Of a DNA stretch of 17,292 nucleotides, positions 1-8,271 are shown one piece after another; position 1 is the first letter of the stretch; every line of letters begins with the position of its first letter. The stretch lies in contig JBDKRC010000219.1 in the NCBI GenBank assembly GCA_039683575.1, positions 1 through 17,292 on the forward strand, written 5' to 3'. The translations under genes and the position numbers were made by a program. A model generated the notes under the pieces. That model saw only the letters and a program-made list of their open reading frames with translations, searched no databases and was not told the origin of the DNA. The stretch comes from Armatimonadia bacterium (GTDB lineage Bacteria > Armatimonadota > Zipacnadia > Zipacnadales > UBA11051).

Positions 1-141
1 CTCGCGATACTCTCTTGAGGATTTTGGTAGTTCTGCTTGTATGATGCCCTCTATCTCCGCAAACGTCATTTCAACTGTCTGCCGGTCAGACGGCATGCGC
101 ATCAGGTAGTCGGCCAGCGGTGCGTACCTAGGCGTACCCAT
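1..141 (-). CDS. Partial (3'-truncated) protein with a DUF7662-like N-terminal domain
   Basis: ATG at 141 on the minus strand, preceded by AAAAGGGGG (SD-like). Reads MGTPRYAPLADYLMRMPSDRQTVEMTFAEIEGIIQAELPKSSREYRE and is open to the window edge. Matches the remembered 'KYxPLxxYL...vtltFxEIExIlg..LPxSA' small-domain signature. Absent from the ORF track because it has no stop in the window. Confidence 0.7.
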   Translation of the reverse strand, partial: MGTPRYAPLADYLMRMPSDRQTVEMTFAEIEGIIQAELPKSSREYRE

Positions 142-198
142 CGGGAAAAGCCCCCTTTTGTGTGAATGCTTCTCATCTGGTTGTTGGCCGCCCTCGCG

Positions 199-227
199 TT
201 GACACCTCCCCCTCCCCAACGTATACT
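199..227 (+). promoter_or_regulatory. sigma70-type promoter of the recJ-surE operon
   Basis: TTGACA (199-204), 17-bp spacer, TATACT (222-227); followed by SD-like GAAGGCAGGTG at about 235-245. Confidence 0.8.
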
Positions 228-286
228 TCCCACCGAAGGCAGGTGTCCCCCCCATCGCTCCGCAATCGCTCCGTCCCATCTGGCAG

Positions 287-1981
287 GTGCGCGACCGCGA
301 CCGTGTCGCTGAAGCCGCTCTCGCCGCCGCCCTCGGCCTGCCTGAGGCCCTGGCCGCCGTGCTTATCGCCCGCGGTCTGACCGATCCCGTGGCCGTCCGG
401 ACCTTTCTGAACCCCGCTCCCACGAGCCTTCACGACCCCTTTCTCCTGCCCGACATGGCCCCCGCTGCGGACCGCGTCCTGCAGGCCCGCGACGCCGGAG
501 AGCCCATCCTCGTCCATGGCGACTATGACGCCGATGGGGTCACCAGCACCGCGCTGCTCGTCCGCGCGCTCTCCAAGCTCGGACTCGATATTCACTATTT
601 CATACCACACCGCTTCCACGACCACTACGGTCTCTCCCAGCGCGCCATCGGCATGGCCACCAAGAAGGGCCTCGGCCTCCTGATCTCGGTGGACTGCGGC
701 GTGAGCGACCACGAGATGATTGCCGAAGCCCGCGCTGGCGGCACCGAAGTCATCGTCATTGACCACCACGAGCCCGGTGAGACCCTCCCCGAGGGCACGC
801 TGATCGTCAACCCCAAGCGCGCCGACGCCACCTATCCCTTCAAGGAACTCACCGCAGTCGGCCTCGCCTACAAGTTCGCGGTCGCCCTCTCCAGCCGCCT
901 CGACATCCCGGAGCCCTCCGTCGCCCGTGCCTTCCTCGACCTCGTCGCGGTCGGCACCGTCGCCGACGTGGCCCCGCTCGTGGATGAGAACCGCGCCTTC
1001 TGCGCCGCGGGCCTCAAGCTCCTGCCGACGACCCGCAAGACCGGCCTGCGCGCGCTCATGAATATCTGCGACCTCAACGGCTCGCTTACGGCCATGGACA
1101 TCGCCTTCCGCATCGCTCCGCGCCTCAACGCCGTCGGCCGCATGGGCGACGCCACCGAGGCCCTCGAACTGCTCCTGACCGACGACGAAGAGCAGGCCCT
1201 GCGCCTGGCGCTGAACCTCGAATCCCTTAACCGCCAGCGCCAGCGCGAGCAGGAGCGCATCTACCAGGAGGCCCGTCGCCAGGCCGAGCAGATGCTAGAG
1301 GAGCAGGACTACCCCGCTCTGGTGCTCGCTGGCGAAGAATGGCACCTCGGCGTGGTCGGCATCGTCGCTTCGAAGATACTGGAAGAGTTCGGCCGCCCTG
1401 CCGTGGTCATTAACGAGCAGGCGGGCCTGTGCCGCGGCTCCGGTCGCAGTATGCCCGGCTTCCATCTCGCCAACGCCTTCGCCGCCTGCGGCCACCTTCT
1501 CGAACGCGGTGGCGGCCACGAACTGGCCGGCGGCCTGACCATCTCACGCGAGCAGATTCCTGCCCTGCGCGACCGTCTCTGTGAACTGGCCGGGGAGTCC
1601 CTCGGCCCCGAGGACCTGCGACCCAGTCTCGATCTCGATTGCGACCTCTCGGCCGACGAGATCACCCCCGATCTCGTGGAGGGCCTCCGCCAGCTTGAGC
1701 CCTGTGGCCAGGACAACCCCTCTCCGCTCTTCCTAACGCGCGATCTGGAGGTCGTCGCCGCCCGTCAGGTCGGGCGCGACAACAACCATCTGAAGCTCAC
1801 TCTCGGCCACGAGCGGCGGGTTTTCGATGCCATTGGCTTCGGGCTTGGCCCCGAGCTCAACTGGCTCGAGAACCAGTCGCGCGTGGACGTCGCCCATACG
1901 CCCGAATTCAACGAATTCAACGGCAGCGTCGGCCTGCAGCTTCGCTTCACCGCAATCCGCGCGGCGGAGACGCGACAATGA
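287..1981 (+). CDS. recJ: Single-stranded DNA-specific exonuclease RecJ (true start may be upstream, at ATC 254)
   Basis: DHH-family motifs GDYDADG, VDCG, IDHH, DLVAVGTVADV, APRLNAVGR; DHHA1 motifs GSGRS and GGGH; C-terminal OB fold (LEPCGQDNPSP, HLKL, DAIGFG). Confidence 0.97.
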   Translation: MRDRDRVAEAALAAALGLPEALAAVLIARGLTDPVAVRTFLNPAPTSLHDPFLLPDMAPAADRVLQARDAGEPILVHGDYDADGVTSTALLVRALSKLGLDIHYFIPHRFHDHYGLSQRAIGMATKKGLGLLISVDCGVSDHEMIAEARAGGTEVIVIDHHEPGETLPEGTLIVNPKRADATYPFKELTAVGLAYKFAVALSSRLDIPEPSVARAFLDLVAVGTVADVAPLVDENRAFCAAGLKLLPTTRKTGLRALMNICDLNGSLTAMDIAFRIAPRLNAVGRMGDATEALELLLTDDEEQALRLALNLESLNRQRQREQERIYQEARRQAEQMLEEQDYPALVLAGEEWHLGVVGIVASKILEEFGRPAVVINEQAGLCRGSGRSMPGFHLANAFAACGHLLERGGGHELAGGLTISREQIPALRDRLCELAGESLGPEDLRPSLDLDCDLSADEITPDLVEGLRQLEPCGQDNPSPLFLTRDLEVVAARQVGRDNNHLKLTLGHERRVFDAIGFGLGPELNWLENQSRVDVAHTPEFNEFNGSVGLQLRFTAIRAAETRQ

Positions 1982-2988
1982 ATGGTGGCGGGAGCATACA
2001 GCAAGCGGTACTGCTCGTCGGCGGCCTCGGCACCCGGCTGCGCCCGCTCACGTACAAGCTCCCCAAGGCCCTCATTCCCGTTGCCAACCTCCCCCTGATC
2101 GCCTTCGAGATAATACCCCTCGTCCGCGCCGGGGTCCGCCAGATCATCTTTGCCATCGGCTACAAGGCCGACCTGCTCCGCGATCACCTCGGCGACGGCT
2201 CCGACTGGGGCGCCGAGTTCATCTACGTCGAAGAATCCGAGCCCCTCGACACCGCCGGGGCCATCGCCAACGTTGCCGACCACCTCACCGGCGATTTCTT
2301 CTGCTGCAATGGTGACATGATCTACGATGTAGACCTCACCGCCTTCGCCGCCGACCATCTCCGCCGCCAGGCCCTCATTACCTACTGTCTCCGCCGCACG
2401 CCCTATATCGAGCACTTCGGCCTGATCCAGTGGGACGACGACTCTCGCGTCACCGCCTTCAAAGAGAAGGTCCCGCACGACGAGACGGGCCGCAACACCG
2501 TCAATTCGGGCTTCTACCTCATGTCCCCCGAGGTTCTCGACTACATCCCGCGCGGCGAGAAGTATTCCAGCGAGCGCCAGCTCTTCCCGGACCTCCTGGG
2601 TCGCGGTCTGCCGCTCTACGCCCACCTGCCCGCCCGCGAGGGCTACTGGGCGGACGTGGGCCGCTTCGAGACCTATCTGCAGGCCAATGGCGACATCCTC
2701 GAAGGCTGCCTGAGTTGGTTCACACCCAGCGTCCGCACCGAGACCAGCGGTGCCTCCGTTTCCTCGTGTGTGGATATTCAGGAGGACGCCATCATCGGAG
2801 AGGGTGTAACCCTCGGTCCCCGCGTCTCCATCGGCGCTGGCGCCGTTATCGACCCCGGCGCCCGTATCGAGGACAGCATCATCTGGCCCGGCAGCCATAT
2901 CGGCGCCGGGGCTGTCATTGCGAACAGTATCATCGCCGGGGCGACCGTCGCTCCGGACGCCTGCCTGACCGATGAGGTGATTGTTTGA
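1978..2988 (+). CDS. NDP-sugar synthase / sugar-1-phosphate nucleotidyltransferase (mannose-1-phosphate guanylyltransferase-like) with C-terminal left-handed beta-helix
   Basis: GGLGTRLRPLT...PKAL signature, EPLDTAGAI, NGD, FKEK, YWADVG; hexapeptide repeats (IGEGVT, IGAGAV) at the C-terminus; ATGA overlap with recJ. Confidence 0.9.
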   Translation: MNGGGSIQQAVLLVGGLGTRLRPLTYKLPKALIPVANLPLIAFEIIPLVRAGVRQIIFAIGYKADLLRDHLGDGSDWGAEFIYVEESEPLDTAGAIANVADHLTGDFFCCNGDMIYDVDLTAFAADHLRRQALITYCLRRTPYIEHFGLIQWDDDSRVTAFKEKVPHDETGRNTVNSGFYLMSPEVLDYIPRGEKYSSERQLFPDLLGRGLPLYAHLPAREGYWADVGRFETYLQANGDILEGCLSWFTPSVRTETSGASVSSCVDIQEDAIIGEGVTLGPRVSIGAGAVIDPGARIEDSIIWPGSHIGAGAVIANSIIAGATVAPDACLTDEVIV

Positions 2989-4121
2989 ACGACCCGCTGC
3001 TGATGATCCCCGGCCCGACCATTCTCCCGCCGGAGGTCCGCGAGGCCCTCAGCCGCCCGTCCATGTACCATCGTGGCGAGGAATTCGCGGCCGTGCTCGA
3101 CGAGTGCGACCGCGGCTTGCGCGCGCTCTTCGGCACCACTGAACCGGTGCTGATCCTCAGCAGCTCCGGCACCGGCGGCGTCGAGGCTGCCATCGTCAAC
3201 ACCCTCTCGCCGGGCTACCGCGTCCTCGCGATTGACTGCGGCAAGTTCGGCGAGCGTATCGGCCAGATCGCTGCCGCCTTCGGTGCCAACGTGGACTTCA
3301 TGCAGGTAGAACCCGGTCGGGCCGCGAATCCCGACGAGGTGTCAGCGCGGATGGAGCGGGAGACTTATCGAGCTCTGCTATTCGTCCTTAACGAGACCTC
3401 CACCGGGGTCAAGCAAGACGGCCCGGCGCTCGCCCGCGTTGCCGCCGAGAACGGCGCGATGATCTTGGTTGACTGCGTCAGCGCCCTTGGCGGGATGCCG
3501 GTGGAGATGGCGCAGACGGGCTACACCGCTGCCGCGTCAGGCTCGCAGAAGGCCCTGATGCTGCCTCCCGGTCTGGCTTTTGTGACCCTGAGCGACGCTG
3601 GCCAGCGTGCCGCCTCCGTGGCGACCATGCCAAAGTACTACTTCAACCTGCCCAAGGCGTTAGCCGCCCTCGCCAAGGGCCAGACGCCGTACACGCCGAA
3701 CGTGAACATGATCGTCGCCCTGCAGGCCTCCTTGCGGCTCATCACCGCTGAGGGCCTGCCGCAGTTCCAGTCGCGGCACCACAGGCTCTCCGCAGCCTGC
3801 CGCGCCGCCGCCCGAGCCGCCGGGCTCGATCTTCTGGCCGCCGATGACTGCGCCAGCGACATAGTAACCGCCGTCAAGTCACCCGCGGGCCTCGACTCCG
3901 GCCAGCTCGTCAAGCGCCTGCGCGAAAAGCACAACATCCTGATCTCCGGCGGCCAGGACGCCCTCAAGGGCAAAATCTTCCGCATCGGCCACCTCGGCGC
4001 ATGCCGCCTGGCCGATTTGCAGCAGACGTGGGAGGCCGCGCTGACGGAACTCGCCGAACTCGGCCATCCCACCGACCGCCAGACAGTCCTGACCGCGCTG
4101 GAATCCAGCTACCATGACTGA
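2985..4121 (+). CDS. Class-V PLP aminotransferase (alanine-glyoxylate/serine-pyruvate family), probable phosphoserine aminotransferase by context
   Basis: MIPGPT, SSGTGGVEAA, NETSTG, VDCVS, SGSQKALMLPPGL (PLP lysine), TPYTP, FRIGHLG. TTG start with SD GAGGTGA and TTGA overlap; directly upstream of serA. Confidence 0.92.
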   Translation: MNDPLLMIPGPTILPPEVREALSRPSMYHRGEEFAAVLDECDRGLRALFGTTEPVLILSSSGTGGVEAAIVNTLSPGYRVLAIDCGKFGERIGQIAAAFGANVDFMQVEPGRAANPDEVSARMERETYRALLFVLNETSTGVKQDGPALARVAAENGAMILVDCVSALGGMPVEMAQTGYTAAASGSQKALMLPPGLAFVTLSDAGQRAASVATMPKYYFNLPKALAALAKGQTPYTPNVNMIVALQASLRLITAEGLPQFQSRHHRLSAACRAAARAAGLDLLAADDCASDIVTAVKSPAGLDSGQLVKRLREKHNILISGGQDALKGKIFRIGHLGACRLADLQQTWEAALTELAELGHPTDRQTVLTALESSYHD

Positions 4122-5733
4122 ACCAACCATCCCGATAATCCTGGTCTGCGATGCTCTCGCCGAAGAGGGCCTTGCGATCCTTCGCGAAGCCGGTGAAGTG
4201 CGCGTGCGCACCGGCCTCCCGGAGCCCGACCTGTTGCGCGAGGTCGTCGACGCCGACGCCATCATCGTCCGCAGCGCCACGCAGATCACCGCGACCGTCA
4301 TCGAAGCCGCCACCCGCTGCCGGGTCATCGCCCGCGCCGGGGTTGGCGTGGACAACATAGACGTCGAGGCCGCCACCCGCCGTGGCATCCTTGTGGTCAA
4401 CTCCCCCGCCGGCAATATCCTGGCCGCCGCGGAGCACGCTGTCGCCCTCCTGATGGCCGCCGCCCGCTGCATTCCGCAGGGCAACGCCTCCACGAAGGCC
4501 GGCGAGTGGGACCGCAAGTCCTGCAGCGGCCGTCAGATCCAGGGCAAGACCCTCGGCCTCATCGGCCTCGGTAACGTTGGCAGTGAAGTCGCCAAGCGCG
4601 GCCGCGCCCTCGGGCTGGAAGTGCTTGCCTACGACCCGTACATCACCGCCGAGCGTGCCGCCGCCGCCGGTGCCGCGCTGGCGTCTTTCGATGAGGTCCT
4701 CCAGCAGAGCGATTTCCTCAGCCTCCACGCCGTGGCGAGCAGCGAAACCGAGAAGCTGATCGGCGCCGCCCAACTCGCCCGCCTCAAACCCGGCGCGATC
4801 CTCATCAACACCGCCCGCGGCTCTCTCATCGACGAGACGGCCCTGATAGCGGCCCTGCGCGAGGGCACCCTCGCGGCCGCAGCGCTCGACGTCTTCGCCG
4901 AAGAGCCCACCCGCAACACGGAACTGCTCAGCCTCCCCAACGTCATCGTCACCCCGCATGTCGGCGCGATGACCCACGAGGCCCAGATCAACGTCGCCCT
5001 CGATGCGGCACGCCAGGTTGTGGAGGTCCTGCAGGGCAAGCCCGCCCGCTGGCCCGTCAATGCCCCTCCCCTGCCTCCCGAGGCCCTGCAGGTCGTCGCG
5101 CCCTTCCTGCCGCTCGCCGAGGCCCTCGCGCGCCTCGCCCGTGGTCTGCTCATCGGACCCCTGCGCCGCCTCGAAATGACCACACCCGCGGACCTCTCGC
5201 CCGAATACCTCGGCTACGTCACCGCCACGGCTCTCGCGGCGGTTATGGCCGGGATTACCGATGAGACGGTCAACGCCATCAACGCCCCGTTGCTGGCCCG
5301 CGAGCGCCACATTGAAGTCGCCCAGGCCCGCCGGCAGGACGCGCGCGGCTACACGAACCTCTTGGAGTTGCGCCTGCAAGGCGACCCGGAGACTGTCGTC
5401 GCCGGTGCTCTCCTCGACCGCGACATTCCTCGCATAGTCGGCATCGGGGATTACGACCTCGACCTGCCGCCCGCCGACACCGCCTTGTTGATCTGGCGCA
5501 AGTCCCCCTCCCGCCCCGGCTTCATCGGCAGGGTCGGCACCCTCCTTGGCGAAGCCGGAGTGAACATCTCCGCTATTCAGGTCAGTCATGAAGCGCCGGA
5601 CGAAGTCGGCCTGATGGCACTCACCGTGCAGTCCGCCATCCCCGAAGACGCCCTCGCCGAGATCAACAACCTCGATGGCGTCACGATGACACGAGTTATT
5701 GCCTTTCCTGAGCGTCAAACGGAGCTGTCATGA
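4114..5733 (+). CDS. serA: D-3-phosphoglycerate dehydrogenase, long type with ASB and ACT domains
   Basis: IVRSAT, RAGVGVDNID, AAEH, Rossmann GLIGLGNVG, INTARG, LDVFAEEP, TPHVGA; C-terminal PGFIGRVGTLLGEAGVNI (ACT). 8-nt overlap with the upstream gene. Confidence 0.96.
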   Translation: MTEPTIPIILVCDALAEEGLAILREAGEVRVRTGLPEPDLLREVVDADAIIVRSATQITATVIEAATRCRVIARAGVGVDNIDVEAATRRGILVVNSPAGNILAAAEHAVALLMAAARCIPQGNASTKAGEWDRKSCSGRQIQGKTLGLIGLGNVGSEVAKRGRALGLEVLAYDPYITAERAAAAGAALASFDEVLQQSDFLSLHAVASSETEKLIGAAQLARLKPGAILINTARGSLIDETALIAALREGTLAAAALDVFAEEPTRNTELLSLPNVIVTPHVGAMTHEAQINVALDAARQVVEVLQGKPARWPVNAPPLPPEALQVVAPFLPLAEALARLARGLLIGPLRRLEMTTPADLSPEYLGYVTATALAAVMAGITDETVNAINAPLLARERHIEVAQARRQDARGYTNLLELRLQGDPETVVAGALLDRDIPRIVGIGDYDLDLPPADTALLIWRKSPSRPGFIGRVGTLLGEAGVNISAIQVSHEAPDEVGLMALTVQSAIPEDALAEINNLDGVTMTRVIAFPERQTELS

Positions 5734-6503
5734 GAATCCTGGTGACCAATGATGACGGGGTCTTCGCAGAGGGTCTGCGCGTGCTGGTGAAGGCGCTGGT
5801 CGAGGTGGCGGAAGTGCTCGTCATCGCCCCGGAGCGCCAGCAGAGCGCCACGGGGCATGCCATCACGCTCCACAAGCCCCTCCGCCTCGAACCCGTCCAA
5901 ATGCCCGGCACCGTCGGCGCCTACGCCAGCAACGGCACCCCCGCCGACTGCGTCATCCTCGCCAGCCTCAGTGACCTCCCCCAGCCTGACATGGTCATCT
6001 CCGGCATCAACGCCGGGGCCAATCTCGGCGAGGAGGTCCTCTACTCCGGCACCGTCTCCGCGGCGATGGAGGGCGCGATCCAGGAAATCCCCAGCCTCGC
6101 CGTCTCCGTCTGCGCCTATACCGAGGTTCTCTACGAGCACGCCGCCGCCTTCGCCGCCGGCCTCATCAAGGGCCTCTGGGGCTCCTGGCCCCTGCCGCCC
6201 GACACCTTCTTCAACATCAACATCCCGAATCTGCCCGCCGCCGAGCTCAAGACCCCGCGCCTGACCCGTCTCGGCCGCCGCAAGTACCACAACATCCTCA
6301 ACAAGCGCGAAGACCCCCGCGGCCGCCCCTACTACTGGTTCAGCGGCTCCCCACTGGAGTCCGACTGCGGCGAGGGCACCGATATCCAGGCCATCCAGCA
6401 GGGCCACATCTCCCTGACCCCGGTCCACTTCGACCTCACCGGCGACCTGGAATACAAGCAACTGTCCACCTTCATGACCAGCCTCGAAGACCTGCACCTA
6501 TAG
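5730..6503 (+). CDS. surE: 5'/3'-nucleotidase SurE
   Basis: RILVTNDDG, APERQQSATGHAIT, GTPADCV, SGINAGANLG, YSGTVSAAMEG, DPRGRPYYW, ISLTP; ATGA overlap with serA. Confidence 0.97.
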   Translation: MRILVTNDDGVFAEGLRVLVKALVEVAEVLVIAPERQQSATGHAITLHKPLRLEPVQMPGTVGAYASNGTPADCVILASLSDLPQPDMVISGINAGANLGEEVLYSGTVSAAMEGAIQEIPSLAVSVCAYTEVLYEHAAAFAAGLIKGLWGSWPLPPDTFFNINIPNLPAAELKTPRLTRLGRRKYHNILNKREDPRGRPYYWFSGSPLESDCGEGTDIQAIQQGHISLTPVHFDLTGDLEYKQLSTFMTSLEDLHL

Positions 6504-6530
6504 CTGCCGACACCCGTGGCGGCCGCCCGC

Positions 6531-6555
6531 GTAGGTCGGTTCGTCTCGAACCGAC
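6531..6555 (+). repeat. REP-like palindrome (GTAG plus perfect 9-bp stem)
   Basis: GTAG-GTCGGTTCG-TCT-CGAACCGAC in the surE-pflX spacer; no U-tract follows. Confidence 0.55.
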
Positions 6556-6620
6556 AACCGTACCCCGCCGGACCCGGCGCGCCCCACGAACGGCTTTCGC
6601 CACCGAGCGTCCTTAACTAC

Positions 6621-7526
6621 ATGGCCGCCTATCCATCCTACCTCAACTTCTCCCGCGAAGACCTCGCGGCCCGCGTCGCCGCTGCCCGCGACCTCCTCTC
6701 GCCCTGCCGCCTTTGCCCGCGCGAATGCCGCGTCCAGCGCCTCCGCTCCCAGACCGGCTATTGCCATGCCGGCGCCCTCGCCCGCGTCGCCAGCTACGGA
6801 CCGCACTTCGGCGAGGAGCGCCCCCTCGTCGGCTGCGGCGGCTCGGGCACCATCTTCTTCTCGCACTGCAACCTGCTCTGCGTGTTCTGCCAGAATTACG
6901 ACCTCAGCCACGGCGCCGAGGGCGAGGACGTCGGCCCCACGACCCTCGCCGGCATCATGCTCTCCCTGCAGCAGAAGGGCTGCCACAATATCAATCTCGT
7001 CACGCCAACCCACTATCAGCCCCAGATCCTCGAAGCCCTCGCTGAGGCAATCCCATTGGGACTGCGTCTCCCGATTGTGTACAACTGCGGCGGCTACGAG
7101 AGCCTCGAAGCCCTCCGCCTGCTCGACGGCATCGTGGACCTCTACATGCCGGACGTGAAGTTCCTCGCGCCCGAGCCCGGCCAGCGCTATTGCGCCGCGC
7201 CCGACTACGGCGACCGTGCCCGCGAAGCCATCCGCGAGATGTACCGCCAGGTCGGCCCGCTCGTCCTCGACGATCAGGGCCTCGCCCATCGCGGCCTGTT
7301 GGTGAGGCATCTTGTACTTCCCGAGCGTCAGGGAGATACAGCAGAGGTGATGCAGTTCATCGCCTCTCTGGACCCGGAAATCTACGTCAACGTCATGGCG
7401 CAGTACCGCCCATGCTATCGGGCCGCGGAATATCCGCCGCTCGACCGCCGTCCCAGCCGTGCAGAACTCGCCGAAGCCCTGCAGGCGGCCAGGCAAGCCG
7501 GCCTGCGCAGGCTGGACCAGGGATAG
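6621..7526 (+). CDS. Radical SAM protein, PflX (putative pyruvate-formate-lyase activating enzyme-like) family
   Basis: CNLLCVFC (CxxxCxxC), N-terminal CRLCPREC..C, HFGEERPLVG..GSGTIFF, HNINLVTPTH, YMPDVK, VRHLVLP, VNVMAQYRP. ATG 6621 preferred over GTG 6516, whose extension runs through a palindrome. Confidence 0.9.
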   Translation: MAAYPSYLNFSREDLAARVAAARDLLSPCRLCPRECRVQRLRSQTGYCHAGALARVASYGPHFGEERPLVGCGGSGTIFFSHCNLLCVFCQNYDLSHGAEGEDVGPTTLAGIMLSLQQKGCHNINLVTPTHYQPQILEALAEAIPLGLRLPIVYNCGGYESLEALRLLDGIVDLYMPDVKFLAPEPGQRYCAAPDYGDRAREAIREMYRQVGPLVLDDQGLAHRGLLVRHLVLPERQGDTAEVMQFIASLDPEIYVNVMAQYRPCYRAAEYPPLDRRPSRAELAEALQAARQAGLRRLDQG

Positions 7527-7551
7527 TCGGCACGATTGCTGGCTTGAGAGC

Positions 7552-7576
7552 GTGGGAGGGCTCTCCAGAGCCCGAC
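7552..7576 (+). repeat. REP-like palindrome (GTGG-GA...GA type)
   Basis: GTGG-GA-GGGCTC-TCCA-GAGCCC-GAC in the spacer after the radical SAM gene; architecture typical of GTAG/GTGG-family REPs. Confidence 0.55.
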
Positions 7577-7661
7577 TTGGCACACACTATCGAGGAGGAA
7601 TCGCCACCCTCCATCACGAATATCGTTCTACCAACGGGCGCGCCCGAGGAGGTGCTTGGGA

Positions 7662-8252
7662 ATGAGTGACATCATCACGAGAATGAGAGAGCTGGGTAAT
7701 CTCTTCTGGCGTAGCGCCAGGGAGAGTGGAGAGGCAGCCGCCGATGCCATTGAGCAGCGCACCGCGATTCAGCGGCTGGCCCTTCAGATCCGCAAGCTGG
7801 ACAAGGAGCGCAGCGCCCTGATCCGCACCATCGGCGCCAAGGTCTACGGCCTCCACGGCCAGGGCAAGGTCCGTAATCAGGACGTCCTCGTGGACTGCGT
7901 CCGCATTGACGCCATCCTCGCCGACATCAGCGTCCTGCAAAAGCAGATCGAGCGCATCCGCCTGGCAAGCCTGGAGAAGGGGATCGAGGTACCGATCCTC
8001 TCCGACGAGGCGCCGCTGACTGACGAAGAGGAAGTGGCGGCTCCTGCGGCCGTCAAACCCGCTGGCACTGTTGGCGAGCAGACCGTCTCCGGTGAGCGCC
8101 CGCCGAAGGCCTCGGAAGGCCGCGTCGAGTACGACGAGACCGGCGCCTCGCTCACCGAGTGTGTCGAGGGTCCCTCGCAGGCGGGCAAGTCATCCGAGAC
8201 CTGCGAAATGCCAGAAGAGAAGAAGCCGGCTGGCGCAGCCGAAACAGTCTAG
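7662..8252 (+). CDS. Hypothetical protein: N-terminal coiled coil plus acidic, Pro/Ala-rich disordered tail
   Basis: Strong SD GAGGAGGTG (7646-7654) before ATG 7662; genome-typical codon usage; heptad helices flanking an IGAKVY motif. Confidence 0.8.
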   Translation: MSDIITRMRELGNLFWRSARESGEAAADAIEQRTAIQRLALQIRKLDKERSALIRTIGAKVYGLHGQGKVRNQDVLVDCVRIDAILADISVLQKQIERIRLASLEKGIEVPILSDEAPLTDEEEVAAPAAVKPAGTVGEQTVSGERPPKASEGRVEYDETGASLTECVEGPSQAGKSSETCEMPEEKKPAGAAETV

Positions 8253-8271
8253 ATCCGGCTTGGCGTTTTCC

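Noticed and set aside
3964..5718. 584-aa minus-strand ORF, and similar long antisense ORFs (1765-2898, 5715-6497, 6498-7583, 8481-9455, 12088-13029)
   Set aside because: Shadow frames of well-supported plus-strand genes; expected in high-GC DNA and no recognisable motifs.
6516..6620. 35-aa N-terminal extension of the radical SAM ORF from GTG 6516
   Set aside because: Runs through a palindromic spacer, is Pro/Arg-rich and lacks an SD; family-like sequence begins at ATG 6621.
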